From Octopus bimaculoides (lineage: Eukaryota), in NCBI RefSeq assembly GCF_001194135.2, contig NC_069003.1, positions 3,876,251 to 3,927,179 of the forward strand: a stretch of 50,929 nt of DNA. Reading direction: 5' to 3'. A program made the translations under genes and the position numbers. The notes beneath the pieces are model-generated. The model searched no databases and was not told the DNA's origin. It saw nothing but the letters and a program-made list of their open reading frames with translations. Below are positions 23,658 to 36,454 of the stretch, piece after piece. How positions within the stretch are numbered: position 1 is the stretch's first letter; each line of letters begins with the position of its first letter.

Positions 23658-23747
<90 letters not shown>

Positions 23748-23898
23748 TGCATATATATTCATACACACACACATATATGAGAATTAAAAATTTATTCGCA
23801 CTTTCGCTATAACATGTTTATTTGTGTCGCTCTACTTTCTGTGCATGCGTGCTTATAGTTTAGCCTGATTGCACCATTTTTTCTCTCTGGTTTTACAG

Positions 23899-24067
23899 TG
23901 AAAGAAGCTCCACTAGGAATGGGCACCACAGAAGAACACAGAGTAAGAATCCGAGAGATAGTAATGGTGAACAAGTTTCACCATTCCCATCGCTCGAACC
24001 TTCTGAATCTTCTCGTCAGAGCGTTACGCTTGTCCGGCCACATTTAAATTTCTCGATCTATTCATAA
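23899..24067 (+). CDS. Candidate exon of an unknown host gene
   Basis: Strong acceptor TTTTTTCTCTCTGGTTTTACAG (AG at 23897-98). Two frames stay open: ERSSTRNGHHRRTQSKNPRD...NFSIYS* and KEAPLGMGTTEEHRVRIREIV...GHI*. A donor-like GTAAGA lies at 23943. No recognisable homology. Confidence 0.25.
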
Positions 24068-24320
24068 TCACTTCTATGCGGTAGTGTTCTGTCCCGGTAT
24101 TGCGATAAAAGCCTCTGATGAATTGCAGTACCTGACACCCCTTTCGACCTTATGCTATAAAGCCACAGTAAAAACGGCGTGATGAGGTTCAAACTTCGAT
24201 CTTGTAATTACAAAAGTACCAACTTTAAGCACGCGTGCACAGAAGGCAGAGCTACAATAGTAAAGATATGTTATGGCGAAAGCGTGGATAATTTTTGACT
24301 TCCCCTCTTACGTATATTAA

Positions 24321-24361
<41 letters not shown>

Positions 24362-24429
24362 NNNNNNNNNNCTTATATATATATATATATTCGCTCTATA
24401 CGGGAGTTTGTAAGTTAAAACAAGGAACT

Positions 24430-25470
24430 TGATTAATGGCGTTGCAGAATTTGCGCATGTCTTTGACTTCCTGAAATAATTACGCTGGTTGCATTTGAAT
24501 CCCTTCAGCTTACCACATTAAGTCTTGGATTTCGTTAAATAATTAAGCTTATTTAAAGCCAAGTACTCTAGCTTGTATCAGTATGACTTCCATTTAATTA
24601 AACAATTAAGAATTCTTCATGCCAATATTTCTACCTTTTTCCTGTATGTCATTAAATTCCTTAGATAATTAAGCATGTTCCAAGCTAATCAATCGAGCTT
24701 GATTCAGCACATATTCGGTTCCCTGCTGTAATTATAACTAAACTTGTTTAAAATCAAGCTGTACACATTTACCCCATATATAATCTTACCTTCATTCCAT
24801 ATTTCATCCCGTTTTACGCCAAGCATTCCATGAGGTTTACTGTCTTAGGTTTCGTGAAGTATTTAAGCTTCGTTAAGAAAAAGCTCTCCCCCTTACTTGG
24901 ATGTCTTTCTCATTTCGATATACATGTTATCTTGGTTGAGAGAAGGCACTCCATCTTGTCAGTATGTCTTTGATCTCGTTACACAATCATAACTCTCGCA
25001 TGTTTCAATACATCCAAGATTTTGATTGTTTAGAAGAAGAAGAAGAAGAAGAAGAAGAAGAAGAAGACAATAAGCATGATAATAGTAGTGATGATTATAA
25101 TCATCCTTCCTTCTGCAATAACCACAAAAGTTCAGTTAGTAAAGATTGGGTGAAAGAATCCCGAGATCGTTGACAAAACTGGTGTCTTTTGTACAACCCA
25201 AGTAAATACAACTTACAAAATTCGACCATGTCGAATTCGAACAACTTCATTATAAATCTCTGTGCATTCGGCTCATTTTCTTTCCAACTCCAATCTGCTG
25301 TCCCCCAGGAAAACCACTGACAAGCTGTTCTTCCAAACTTCAAACGACATGAGCGCATAGACGCTGAGCCTGAATGAGAAATCGTTCCTGATGATAACAG
25401 CTTGACAAGACAAGCAAATGTTCTGTTCATAAGCTCTAAAGTCATGAATCTACTGAAACAGAGCTTTTCT
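24430..25470 (-). mobile_element. Highly degenerate RTE-type LINE RT region (tentative)
   Basis: WNAWRKTG (24807-24830) resembles GWNxWRKxxGV. Weaker collinear motifs: KVRLY, ILTRW, VVQKTPVLS (like GVHQGSVLSP) and a frameshifted FMxLExxYxR (like FxDLEKAYDR). Interrupted by (GAA)n/(GAT)n. Confidence 0.4.
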
Positions 25471-25759
25471 GTAAAACCAATGAAACGCTACGTGTATTGA
25501 CGAAAATTATATAACTATTCTTAAATTATGATATTTCTTGTATTTTACCAATATGCAATTTTACGGCGAGTCTAAATGCACGCGTGGAACGTTTGTATTA
25601 ATTTGCAACTCATTACACTGTGTTTTGTCATGCAGAAAATTTCTCGCTGTTGACAATGGTGAAAATACACTTAGAGTGTGTGTGTTCGTTAAACTGTTAC
25701 AAGCTGACAGGTGACAGTCACTACGAAATTTTCAGTTTGTTAGCCTAAAACAAAAAGAA

Positions 25760-25862
25760 AAGCAAAGTCAACCTCGACGGAATTTGAACTCACAACATAA
25801 AGGGTAACGAAATGTCGCAATACATTTTGCCCGACGTGCTAACGGTTCTGCCAGCTCCCCTG
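25760..25862 (-). mobile_element. SINE-B head fragment
   Basis: GCAAAGTCAACCTCGACGGAATTTGAACTC...CGTGCTAACGGTTCTGCCAGCTC. Confidence 0.88.
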
Positions 25863-27167
25863 CGTAACATCAGCTTCGTCTTAAATTACGTTTATATATA
25901 TGATGACATAAGAGCAAACAATGTATGTCTGCATAGATTGATAAATAGATAAACCGACAGACAGACAGACGGACAGACAGACAGACACACAGACGGAAAG
26001 ACAGACAGACAGATATATAGGTTTGTTGGTTTGTTAGTTGGTTGGTTAGTTGGTAGTAAGTAATAGATAGAAAATATGTATATATACGTATATGCACGGG
26101 TGTGTGTGTGTGCAAGTATGGATGGATGAAAGTGGGATGTAGGAATAGATAAGTGATGCCTAGAATAATAATTCAACGAAATATTCAATGGAAAGTGGAA
26201 GAACTTATTTAAAGAATTAAATAGTTATTTGCACACTAATACATGAAAATGAATACAAACATACGCATGTGCTGCACAAACACACACATGTACACATAGA
26301 GATGTAAATGACAGCATCTACATACACACACACACACACACACATAAACACACGGACATACATTCAAATACACACTCACATACATGTATATAACCGCACG
26401 CAAACGCATACACAAAGCTCACATGTGATGCAATTACAAAAGGCTAAGAATCGATAAAATATCAGTAGAAATCTATAAATAATTGAACAACTTATGCTAA
26501 TATCGATCTGGAACACTCGTTAGGAAAATGCCAATAATCCATATATAATCCTTAAATAATCCACAAATGCTGTTGGATATAAAAGCTTCAAAGAAACGTC
26601 GTTGCCGAATGCCTTGTTTCGATTAACAGGCGATATAATTATTTAAGCGTGCTGAAAGCCTGATAATACGTTACATAATTATAGATTTCCTTTTGCAGAT
26701 GGCCAAGTGGATTACTTATTATTCTGCAAGTGGAATTATTAGTAGTTCCTCTACATATACATTCACCCACAGCTTTATCGGATGTAAATAGATATCGTGG
26801 TTCACTTCCTAGGCTGTCGTCGTTACATTGGGCTTTGTTTAATTTCTGAACTTGTTTCTGTCATCTTCATTGATGCCGGAGTATTTAGAAATAATAATAG
26901 TTACATCGTACAGTGATTATGAGACAAATGATTGAAGTAGCTGAACGCATCCAGCAGACGGTGATGGAGGGAGAAGAACTATTCTGATCAGCTTGCTGAA
27001 ATATATGCAAGATCGTGTTCGCTGTTTGTAATGGAACAGAAATTTAGCTATGAAGCTATTTTGTCACCTCGTTAGTTATCCGAACTATTTGAAAACCGTA
27101 ATGTGTTGAGTGTTTGGAAATATTTTTCCTGTCATGGTATCTGGAAGTGTCATACATGGTTTCTATA

Positions 27168-27285
27168 GAACACCGATAGAATAAGTACTAAGCTTACAAA
27201 GAATAAGTCCTGGGGGTCGGTGTGATTCGACTAAAGGCGGTACTCCAGCATGGCCGCAGTCAAAAACAAATAAACGAAAGAAAAA
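27168..27285 (+). mobile_element. SINE-A 3' fragment
   Basis: CCGATAGAATAAGTACTAAGCTTACAAAGAATAAGTCCTGGGG...AAAGGCGGTACTCCAGCATGGCCGCAGTCAAA. Confidence 0.92.
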
Positions 27286-28423
27286 AAAAAGAAAGATATG
27301 AATAGACTGATAATGTGTCAACTCACTACAGGTGTTTCCAACGAATTTTTAATTGATTAATTGAGACATTAGAAAGAAAAAAAGGAAAACATTTTCAGCA
27401 GATAAAATACATAACCACAACATTTAGAAACATTCAAGAATCAACGGTATATGCACCTTCATGATTCTACGAGCCTTGTCGTTGGTCGTGTGTATATGTG
27501 TGTGAATGTGTGTGTGTGTGTGTGTGTTTGTTTGTGTGCTTGTGTGTTAGCTTGTAAATGCCTGTGTGACTATGTGTTGGCCTAATGTGTGTGTGTATAT
27601 TAATACACTTCATATTGCTGCTATAAATTTATTCTCAAATTCTTTATAATGGCTATGATGTCGACTCCGGTCATATTACAAATGATATTTTAATAACTAT
27701 CTGCTCTGTGTGTACGGTAATGCGTATATTACGACGCCCCCCCCCCACCCACTGCGCCAGTAATTATCATTATTTATGTGTGTAACCATTGGCATCTGGT
27801 GTTCTGCTGTAGGATACTAAAAAGCGACCCTACGTTATTTATATGTAACTATAAAGTGTCATGGTAATATTTTTTTAGCAGTTTAATTTATTTCATTGCC
27901 GTTAATATCGAATCCTACAAAGATCAGATGTGTTTCTACGTTTTTTATGATATTCTTGTCATTGCTGGTATAATGGTTTTGTAAATCTTCGAAAATGGTT
28001 TCGAAAATCTTAGAAATGTATTTCTGTGATTAACTTAACTTAAGAGATGTTGTTACAAATCTTTAAAACTTACATGCGTGTTTGTGCAGCCTATTGTCTG
28101 ACGGTGCCACTGGATAATATATTTAACTGTGGAGCTTACATCGTGGGGTCGGTTTCCAATCAATGACCAACTTGTCATTTTCTCTCTTCGCTGACATATA
28201 TATAAATAATTCATTCCGTACATTAAATTTTTTTTTTAACTGTGAAAGCGGGACCCATTCCTGGTGACACTTTGAGGCGACGGGACTTCTGAGTCTTTTG
28301 TATAACGTTATAAAGTATTAGAGCCTTTGTGTGGGAGCAGCAAACGCAAGGGTTGCACCATCAGGCGCACACTTTCCTAAACAACTGGAGGGAAGACTTG
28401 GTGATAGCATCTACAGTTCGTAC

Positions 28424-28645
28424 GGCGACGAGCTGGCAACACAGTTACCAACCCAGATAAAATACTTAGAGGCATTTTGGCCGTCCATCTTTAAATTCCG
28501 TGTTCAAATTCTTCCGAGGTCGATTTTTGCCTTTCGGTGTCGATAAAATAAGTACCAGCTAAATCCAAGGGTGTCTATGTAAACGACTAACCCCTCCTCC
28601 AAGATTTCAGGCCTTGTGCCTATATGTAGTTAAAAGGATTATTAT
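28424..28645 (+). mobile_element. SINE-B, tail type 1, degenerate
   Basis: GGCGACGAGCTGGCAAC...GTCGATAAAATAAGTACCAG...TTTCAGGCCTTGTGCCTATATGTAG. Confidence 0.88.
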
Positions 28646-28655
28646 ATGTGTTTAC

Positions 28656-28876
28656 GGCGGTGAGCTGGCAGAATATCTAGCACGCGGGGTTAAATGCTTA
28701 GCGGCATTTCGTCCGTTTTCGTGCTCTGAGTTCAAACGCAGCCGAGATCATTTTCCTTTTTATTCTTTTTCCAGGTCGATAAAAAAAATATCATTTGATC
28801 ACTGGAGTCTCAATGTCATCGACTAGCCCCGTCCCCCGAAATATATTGGCCTTGTGTCAAAATTTGAAACGAATAT
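28656..28876 (+). mobile_element. SINE-B, tail type 2, immediately downstream of the previous copy
   Basis: GGCGGTGAGCTGGCAGAA...CTGAGTTCAAAC...GGCCTTGTGTCAAAATTTGAAACG. Confidence 0.88.
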
Positions 28877-29338
28877 CTACAGTTAGCATAATCAGTCTTT
28901 TAGAAAGCACATCAAAGCGTTCTCATCCTTGCTGCTTCTCTTTTCACGGTTGCTCTTGTATTCAATATTCCTCCGCCAAACTCTCACGCATCTCACACAA
29001 ACGAGCAACTAATGTATAACATGAATCCATTAAGTGATTTATTATATATCAAGATGGTGACATTTAAATATTTCTAGTTTCGAATTTTTAAACATGTTTC
29101 TATAGAAATCACCCTAATTTCCTTTTCCTCGTTATTCCATATTGTCACACAGAATTATCCAAAGGTCATTTATATTGTAGCGATCGTTACTATCCGACTT
29201 TTGGCATTTGCAAAACATTTTTTTTTTCTTTGGCGCTAATCAATGGGAAATTCTATCTGAAAAGGTTTCGATTTTGATTTTGGATTGAATTAGATTTTTT
29301 GGCTTCTTTGGTTTCTTAGGTTTTTTTTTGTATTGTTT

Positions 29339-29376
<38 letters not shown>

Positions 29377-29838
29377 NNNNNNNNNNNNNNNNNNNNNNNN
29401 NNNNNNNNNNNNNNNNNNNNNNNNNNNNNNNNNNNNNNNNNNNNNNNNNNNNNNNNNNNNNNNNNNNNNNNNNNNNNNNNNNNNNNNNNNNNNNNNNNNN
29501 NNNNNNNNNNNNNNNNNNNNNNNNNNNNNNNNNNNNNNNNNNNNNNNNNNNNNNNNNNNNNNNNNNNNNNNNNNNNNNNNNNNNNNNNNNNNNNNNNNNN
29601 NNNNNNNNNNNNNNNNNNNNNNNNNNNNNNNNNNNNNNNNNNNNNNNNNNNNNNNNNNNNNNNNNNNNNNNNNNNNNNNNNNNNNNNNNNNNNNNNNNNN
29701 NNNNNNNNNNNNNNNNNNNNNNNNNNNNNNNNNNNNNNNNNNNNNNNNNNNNNNNNNNNNNNNNNNNNNNNNNNNNNNNNNNNNNNNNNNNNNNNNNNNN
29801 NNNNNNNNNNNNNNNNNNNNNNNNNNNNNNNNNNNNNN

Positions 29839-29855
29839 GTGTGCTCTTCCGATCT
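29839..29855 (+). other. Illumina TruSeq adapter sequence (assembly artefact)
   Basis: GTGTGCTCTTCCGATCT directly after a gap, an exact match to the 3' end of the TruSeq read-2 primer/adapter. Confidence 0.97.
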
Positions 29856-30078
29856 ATATGTTTGTATGTCTGTTGCTTCCCCCACCACAATCGCTTGACA
29901 ACCGATGTTGGTGTGTTTACGTCCTTGTAACTTAGCGGTTATGTAAAGAGTCCGATAGTATAAGTACTAGGCTTACAAAGAATAAGTCCTGCGCTCGATT
30001 TGTTCGACTAAAAGTGGTGCTGGAGCATGGCCGCAGTCAAATGACTGAAACAAATAAAACAATAAAACAATAAAAAAC
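29856..30078 (+). mobile_element. SINE-A 3' half
   Basis: TCGCTTGACAACCGATGTTGGTGTGTTTACGTCC...ATAAGTACTAGGCTTACAAAG...GCATGGCCGCAGTCAAATGACTGAAACAAATAAAAC. Confidence 0.95.
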
Positions 30079-30165
30079 CACGAGAGAGTTATTTGCTTTG
30101 CCTTGTTTGGGAGGTTCTTTGGCACGTCGGGCGGTTCCCGACGAGGCAACCTGTAAATGCAATCA

Positions 30166-30410
30166 GGCCCGGTTGGCAATGCCTGGTACGTTATGACCCG
30201 CTGTTGTTGGTGAGTGGAGGCCCGGTGCGTTATGACTTGCTGTCTTTTCGGCAGGTGGATGAACCAACAGGTGTGTCTGGTACGTTATGACCTGCCTGTC
30301 TCAGTGAGTAAATGCGCCGCCACGATGTCTTTTTGGCATCTGGTGTGCTATTACTCGCGGTTTCGGGTAGGTGGATGAACTACCAGCCTTTACTTCGTTA
30401 TGACTTACTA
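30166..30410. repeat. GC-richer degenerate repeat array built on CGTTATGAC and GG(C/T)AGGTGGATGAAC
   Basis: CGTTATGAC at 30189, 30228, 30283 and 30396, with a variant near 30346. GGCAGGTGGATGAAC at 30250 and GGTAGGTGGATGAAC at 30366. Confidence 0.8.
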
Positions 30411-31026
30411 ATGACTCCCTCTCAACTCCTTTAATAGTGATAAATTTGGGATAGATACCTAATCTTAGAGGCTACCAACAAATGCATACAGTAATATACC
30501 ACTCAAAACCATATCCTGTTGCTGGTCCTTGCTTAGCATTTACTAATTCTGCGCCGCTAATATAAATAAAGTCCGATATTCGCAATGCACGACTTTCTGT
30601 TTCGTTTCACTCATGTATTGCCGTATCAGACACACTCGACCGCATCATATACCTTACATGTCTCTCCCACGAATGTACCCAGAGGTTAACTTCCTTGACC
30701 CTCACCTTTTGTAACCCCATATATTACTCTCTATTTTAATCGATATCAGATTAATCGATACGTACATATCACCCCTATCATTACATGATCCAACTAATAT
30801 AAAGTGCGCATGCGTAGGCGATTCCTAAAATGAATTACGATGACTTAGATGAATCAAATGGCTACAATATTGTTCATAAACCATGAAATTCAAGATGAAA
30901 TTTGATGTAAAGATATGTGTGTGTGTGTATGTATGTATTTATGCATATGTGCGTGGAGACAGCGAGATCTAGAGAGAGAATATACATGTGTTTGGATGTA
31001 TGTATATGTAACAAAATATAATACAA

Positions 31027-31122
<96 letters not shown>

Positions 31123-31172
31123 GTAATATTATGTATATATATATATTATTTATATATGTTATAATATCTTAC

Positions 31173-31222
<50 letters not shown>

Positions 31223-31765
31223 GTGCCTGTGTGCGTGTGTCTGTGTATGATAAAAATAAATCACGTTAAAGTATGATAAACCCATATAACTGCGCCCTTC
31301 CTACCCAGCCACACAACAGAGAAATCATATCCTAGAATATACAGCTTGATTATTGGAAAGATACTCGCCAAAATGCCGATTTTCTATTACTCCCATAGCT
31401 GCTGTTGAAATTCTACACTTCAGATATGACATTTTTAGGAAAATGAAGAAATGATCAATTTTTCATAAATAATTTAATAGTAGCTTTATTATAAGATCTG
31501 GAATACCAGCTAAAGCCGGAAGGCTGATTGAGCGTTCTGTATGACAGCTGAAGCGGACAGAAATACACAATTGCATACTAATATAAGCACGCATGCACTC
31601 GCGTACATTTAGGTCTCAGCAATTAACGACTACTTATGCACAAACGCGCGTGCAAATACACGCATGCATAAATGCATACATCCAAGCATACATGCACATG
31701 CTGTCATACGTATAGCTATCTGCCTGTATCTCTCTCTTTAGGAATATGTGTGGGTGCACACACAA

Positions 31766-31814
<49 letters not shown>

Positions 31815-31815
<1 letters not shown>

Positions 31816-32112
31816 GATCGTGAGGTTGTGAGTACGGTTCCCGGACCGGGCTGCGTGTTGTGTTCTTGAGCAAGACACTTTATTTCACATTGCTTTCACT
31901 TTATCTCAGCTGTAGCAATGAAGAAATGAATTGCGACATCTCTAGTGCTAAGCCGTATCGGCCCCTTTCCCTTCCTCTCTTTGATAATATCAGTGGTGTG
32001 GAGAGGGGAGGCCTGCATGCATGGATGACTGCTGGTCTTCCATAAACAACCTTGCTTGGGAGGCTAACATTCTAGGTGCAATCCCATGGTTAGTCATGAC
32101 CGAAGGGTGTCT
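31815..32112 (+). mobile_element. SINE-C-related copy, 5'-truncated, with a different 3' body
   Basis: CGATCGTGAGGTTGTGAGTACGGTTCC...GTGTTCTTGAGCAAGACACTTTATTTCACATTGC...CTCAGCTG matches the 16131 head/core. The downstream sequence does not match that copy. Confidence 0.85.
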
Positions 32113-32404
32113 CCTCCTCTTCATCCTATACACAGCCATATATATATATATATATATATATGCATATATATATACATCTGCACGTGAATATATGTCTGAG
32201 AATGTATGCGTATGCATGTATAGCTACAGAAATTATTGTGTACACAACTTCTGTGATTACATGGTAGTAGGATGATATCAAGTTTTATATGTGTATATAT
32301 ATGCAAAGAGAGAGAGGTGAGATACGCAGGTAGACAATGATAATGAGATAGATAAAGGGACAGAGCATATACTATACATGAAAGAAACATGGTTGAGTTA
32401 GTGC

Positions 32405-32438
<34 letters not shown>

Positions 32439-34899
32439 NNNNNNNNNNGGGGGGTGACTGTGTATTCGATGTATGTGCATATGTATATATATATATATAT
32501 ATTCATATGGAGATCTATGTATTATGCATTAGGCGTCTGTGCGCGTTTGTGCGACTCTTCATTGCACATGTGAATACACACAGCAAAGTAGATTCAGAAA
32601 TTTGACTACCTACGTATCTTTGTGTTTCGGTAGTGAATTAATTACGGAGTAGATTGTCAAGTATTTACATACGTATATTCACAGATGTTTACGTATTTGC
32701 ATATGAAACATGGTGACACATAAATCTTTGTATTGCATTCATAAATGAAATAACACTGTTTTTGCATACATTGATGTACGGTGTTATATAATTATAATCG
32801 TTTCCGCTCGGCATCTCTGCTATATTTTGAGAAACAATTCACATTAGTACATGCATATTTACCCATCAATATACATATATGCACGTACTCAAATGTACAC
32901 ATATATATTTACGTAGATTCCCGGGAACATAATTTGATTCGAACCGCTTTCTCTTTCGATGATAATATTAATGTGGGCAGATAATTACTAGCTTTAATAG
33001 ATAGGTATTTCTCATTTATCCATAGCTACAGGAAAAGTTTTAATAGTTTCTTACAACTGAAAAATATTATCACTCGCTGGTCACACAAATTGTGCATTCC
33101 AAGTTGTAACTGTTGAGGACCCGAGGCTTACGCATTCGCGATGTATGCATGATCAACTCAATGGTTTCTGAAAACGATGTCACAACAGCGCTCTACATTA
33201 AGGAAAATTAAAAGAAAAATTTCAGTCGTTTATGCGAAAGTAATTTTTAACAAAATGAAGTGCTAATAATCTCACGTAGATAACAAGACCCCTCCCCCAC
33301 CTAAGTTGTCTGCCATATATAGAACCTGAAGACCAACTTCTCACACCATCAGATGGAAAATCGTAGAGCGATCCATGTCGTATCTTAATCGATCAGGTTT
33401 TGTGTTGCCGAAAGATTTCATATTCTTATTTGTGTATGTGCGTGTGTGTTTGTGTGTGTTTGTGTGTGTACGCAACTTCATCCTCATATACACATAGGTG
33501 CTTAAATGCATACACGTAACATAATGCATATATATTTAGATATTTATACGCATAAATATACGTATATATAGATAGAGACATACGTTCACACTCCTGCATA
33601 TGTATATCCGTATAAATGAAGGGGGCGTGTGCATGAAGTTAGCACATATGTACCGGACAAAGTCTTAGACGCATATACATACATATACACACGCACACAC
33701 ATAATATACATGAAAGGAAAAACGTCCATTCATACGTGTCGGGAACATAGTGCCAAGATCAAACATGAGACGCTGTTCGTTTCGTTTCCTAGAGGAGCGG
33801 TGTCCGTGGGGGAGGCCATGGCACACACTGATAAATCTGCAATATGCATGTGTGTTGAGATATATGTATCTAAATGCACACATTGATACATAAGTGTATA
33901 TATAAGTGTGTGAGTGTACGTGTATGATTGTGTGTGTGTGTACGAGATTGTGTGTATATACGTATACATATTCATATACATACAAATATATATTATATTG
34001 ATGCATAAATGTGTCCGTATGTGTGAGTACCTGTGTGTATATTTACGTTTATGTTCGTGAAAACGTGCGTCTGCGAGCGTCCGTGATTTGTGTGTATTTA
34101 TGTGTGTATGTGTGTATGTCTTCTTGTATATATGTATCAATGTGTATCTAAAGCTACACTGTAGAATGTCTTGCTTATTCATAAATGTATCATTCGCTGT
34201 TTTCATTCTCGATATTTTCATTAACGAAAAGATGGAAGCGCTTGTCGCTGTGGCACAGAAGGCAACGTTTCTTCAAGAAAAACCGTTAGAGGAGGTCCGT
34301 TTGATGTTTGTATTTCTTATTCATCTATTTGTTCAGAAGTGTAAAGGTGAAAAATGATTCGGCTAACCGCTGAACCATTTGATTCGTCTATTCGCTGCTT
34401 CCTTCATACCATGATGCTTACATTCGTTTATTCAGATTCGTATTTAAAAACTCCCACATTTCTTCTTGTTTTTCTTTTGTTTTTTTCTTTTTTTATATTC
34501 TTTATTCTGCTGCCTTTGAGTTTGAGAATGCTATTTGAGATTCCTATAGAAATACTTTTATTTTTCATTTAAGCGTTAAAATAGGAAAGGGAAATCTTGT
34601 GAAGTTTAGCTGGGATGGCGAGATGTGAAGAAAAGATGGAGGCGCAAAGGGGGATAGAGTTGACATGGTTTTGATCAAAGAAACACTGGTAACCAATTTG
34701 ATTTTTCACAATATGGCTCTTATTAACGCTGCTATTTTCTGCTATAGTTGTTGGCGCTGCTTAGTTGCAAGTATGCTCTGATCAAGTAGACCTATGGGCA
34801 TAGGATTTTCCAACCGTGATCATCCTGTCTGTCTTCTTTCAGGTGCAGATTCGACAAATTGACAAAACTGTTAGTAACCTCGAAGAACATGCCTTAGAG

Positions 34900-34990
34900 C
34901 AGTGATTCTCAACCATTTTTTGTCACTTCTGGTCTCCTTTGATTCTTGTCTTATCCTATTGGACCCTCGTAGCCCTTTGATGTCTGGAAA
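34900..34990 (+). mobile_element. Left end of a hAT (Charlie-like) non-autonomous element
   Basis: CAGTGATTCTCAACCATTTTT preceded by CCTTAGAG (NTCTAGAN-like). No right end seen before the gap. Confidence 0.6.
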
Positions 34991-35512
34991 AAAATCGCAT
35001 TAGATATTTATAAGGTATAATAGAAGTGGAAGTGCTGTTGGTGGTGGTGGTGGTGGTGGTGGTGGTGGTGGTGGTGGTGTCGATGNNNNNNNNNNNNNNN
35101 NNNNNNNNNNNNNNNNNNNNNNNNNNNNNNNNNNNNNNNNNNNNNNNNNNNNNNNNNNNNNNNNNNNNNNNNNNNNNNNNNNNNNNNNNNNNNNNNNNNN
35201 NNNNNNNNNNNNNNNNNNNNNNNNNNNNNNNNNNNNNNNNNNNNNNNNNNNNNNNNNNNNNNNNNNNNNNNNNNNNNNNNNNNNNNNNNNNNNNNNNNNN
35301 NNNNNNNNNNNNNNNNNNNNNNNNNNNNNNNNNNNNNNNNNNNNNNNNNNNNNNNNNNNNNNNNNNNNNNNNNNNNNNNNNNNNNNNNNNNNNNNNNNNN
35401 NNNNNNNNNNNNNNNNNNNNNNNNNNNNNNNNAAAGTGGTGTCTCGCCAAAGTGCCTGAACTTAGGCAGTCAATGTTGCTACATGCCAGTCTGCTAAGGG
35501 AATATACATATA

Positions 35513-35596
35513 CGAGGGGAGGGGCTGAAATGTTGCTGGCTTTGGGTAAAAGAAAATACAAGAGCATCAGCTATTTATGATTTTGTTCAAAATGTT
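35513..35596 (+). mobile_element. Mariner-type terminal fragment, followed by an orphan SINE-B type 1 tail (35597-35621)
   Basis: TA|CGAGGGGAGGGGCTGAAATGTTGCTGGC resembles a mariner TIR start; GGGCCTTGTGCCTAGAGTAGAAAAG follows. Confidence 0.55.
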
Positions 35597-35758
35597 GGGC
35601 CTTGTGCCTAGAGTAGAAAAGCATGTACGCATATGGTTTATATAGTGTTTTTTTTTTTCGGAGGCTGGAATATTTTTTACCCGAATGTATTTGCATACAT
35701 ATAGATAAAAATATATACATATATTCGTACATAAACACACACATATATATTTATAAAT

Positions 35759-35797
<39 letters not shown>

Positions 35798-36454
35798 ATT
35801 ATAAATATACACACTCATATATATTTACATATGCATATATATGAGCGTGTGTATGCGTATATGAATGAGACCGACATATTTATCAGTGTTTATATGCAGC
35901 TAAATCTTTTGTGACCTTTTGACCTATAGTAAGAAACCTGCCAAATGTGAGATACAGTTAGCACATGGATTATCTGAAAAACTGTAACGAAGATTATTAT
36001 CTTGCCAATCTAAGTTTTCTAGGCTTTGTGGAATGTGCGAAAACGATGATAATCTGGGTGAAACTCGGAGTGAGGTCGCCAGAAAATAGTGCTTACCTCA
36101 TACCACGATTACTGCACTTCTCTCTTCTTCTCTCCTTTTCTTTCCCCTTCTCAGCATCTCTCTCTCTCTCTTTACCTCTACCTATCGCTCACTATCTATC
36201 TAGATCTTTTTAATCTCGAACGTCCTTTCTGTGGTTTACTCAACTTCAAAAGCGCAATGCTTTAACAACTACATGTTGCTCAAAGACAACAGAACATACA
36301 GACATACATGTACGCATATATGCACGTGTATATGGATATATGTATATGTGTATGTATATTTGTTTGTATGTATATATATATATATATGTTTGTATATGTG
36401 TATGTATATAAATATATATAAATGTATATATGTATATATGTATGTATGTATGTA

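Noticed and set aside
24964-25173. ORF with a poly-Glu tract
   Set aside because: The tract is a (GAA)n microsatellite followed by (GAT/AAT)-rich DNA.
26690-27060. Acceptor TTTCCTTTTGCAG followed by short open frames
   Set aside because: Frames close within 15-50 codons, with no clear donor or homology.
30166-30410. CRISPR-like interpretation of the spaced CGTTATGAC motifs
   Set aside because: Repeats are short and degenerate, spacers are related to each other and irregular, there are no cas genes, and the context is eukaryotic.
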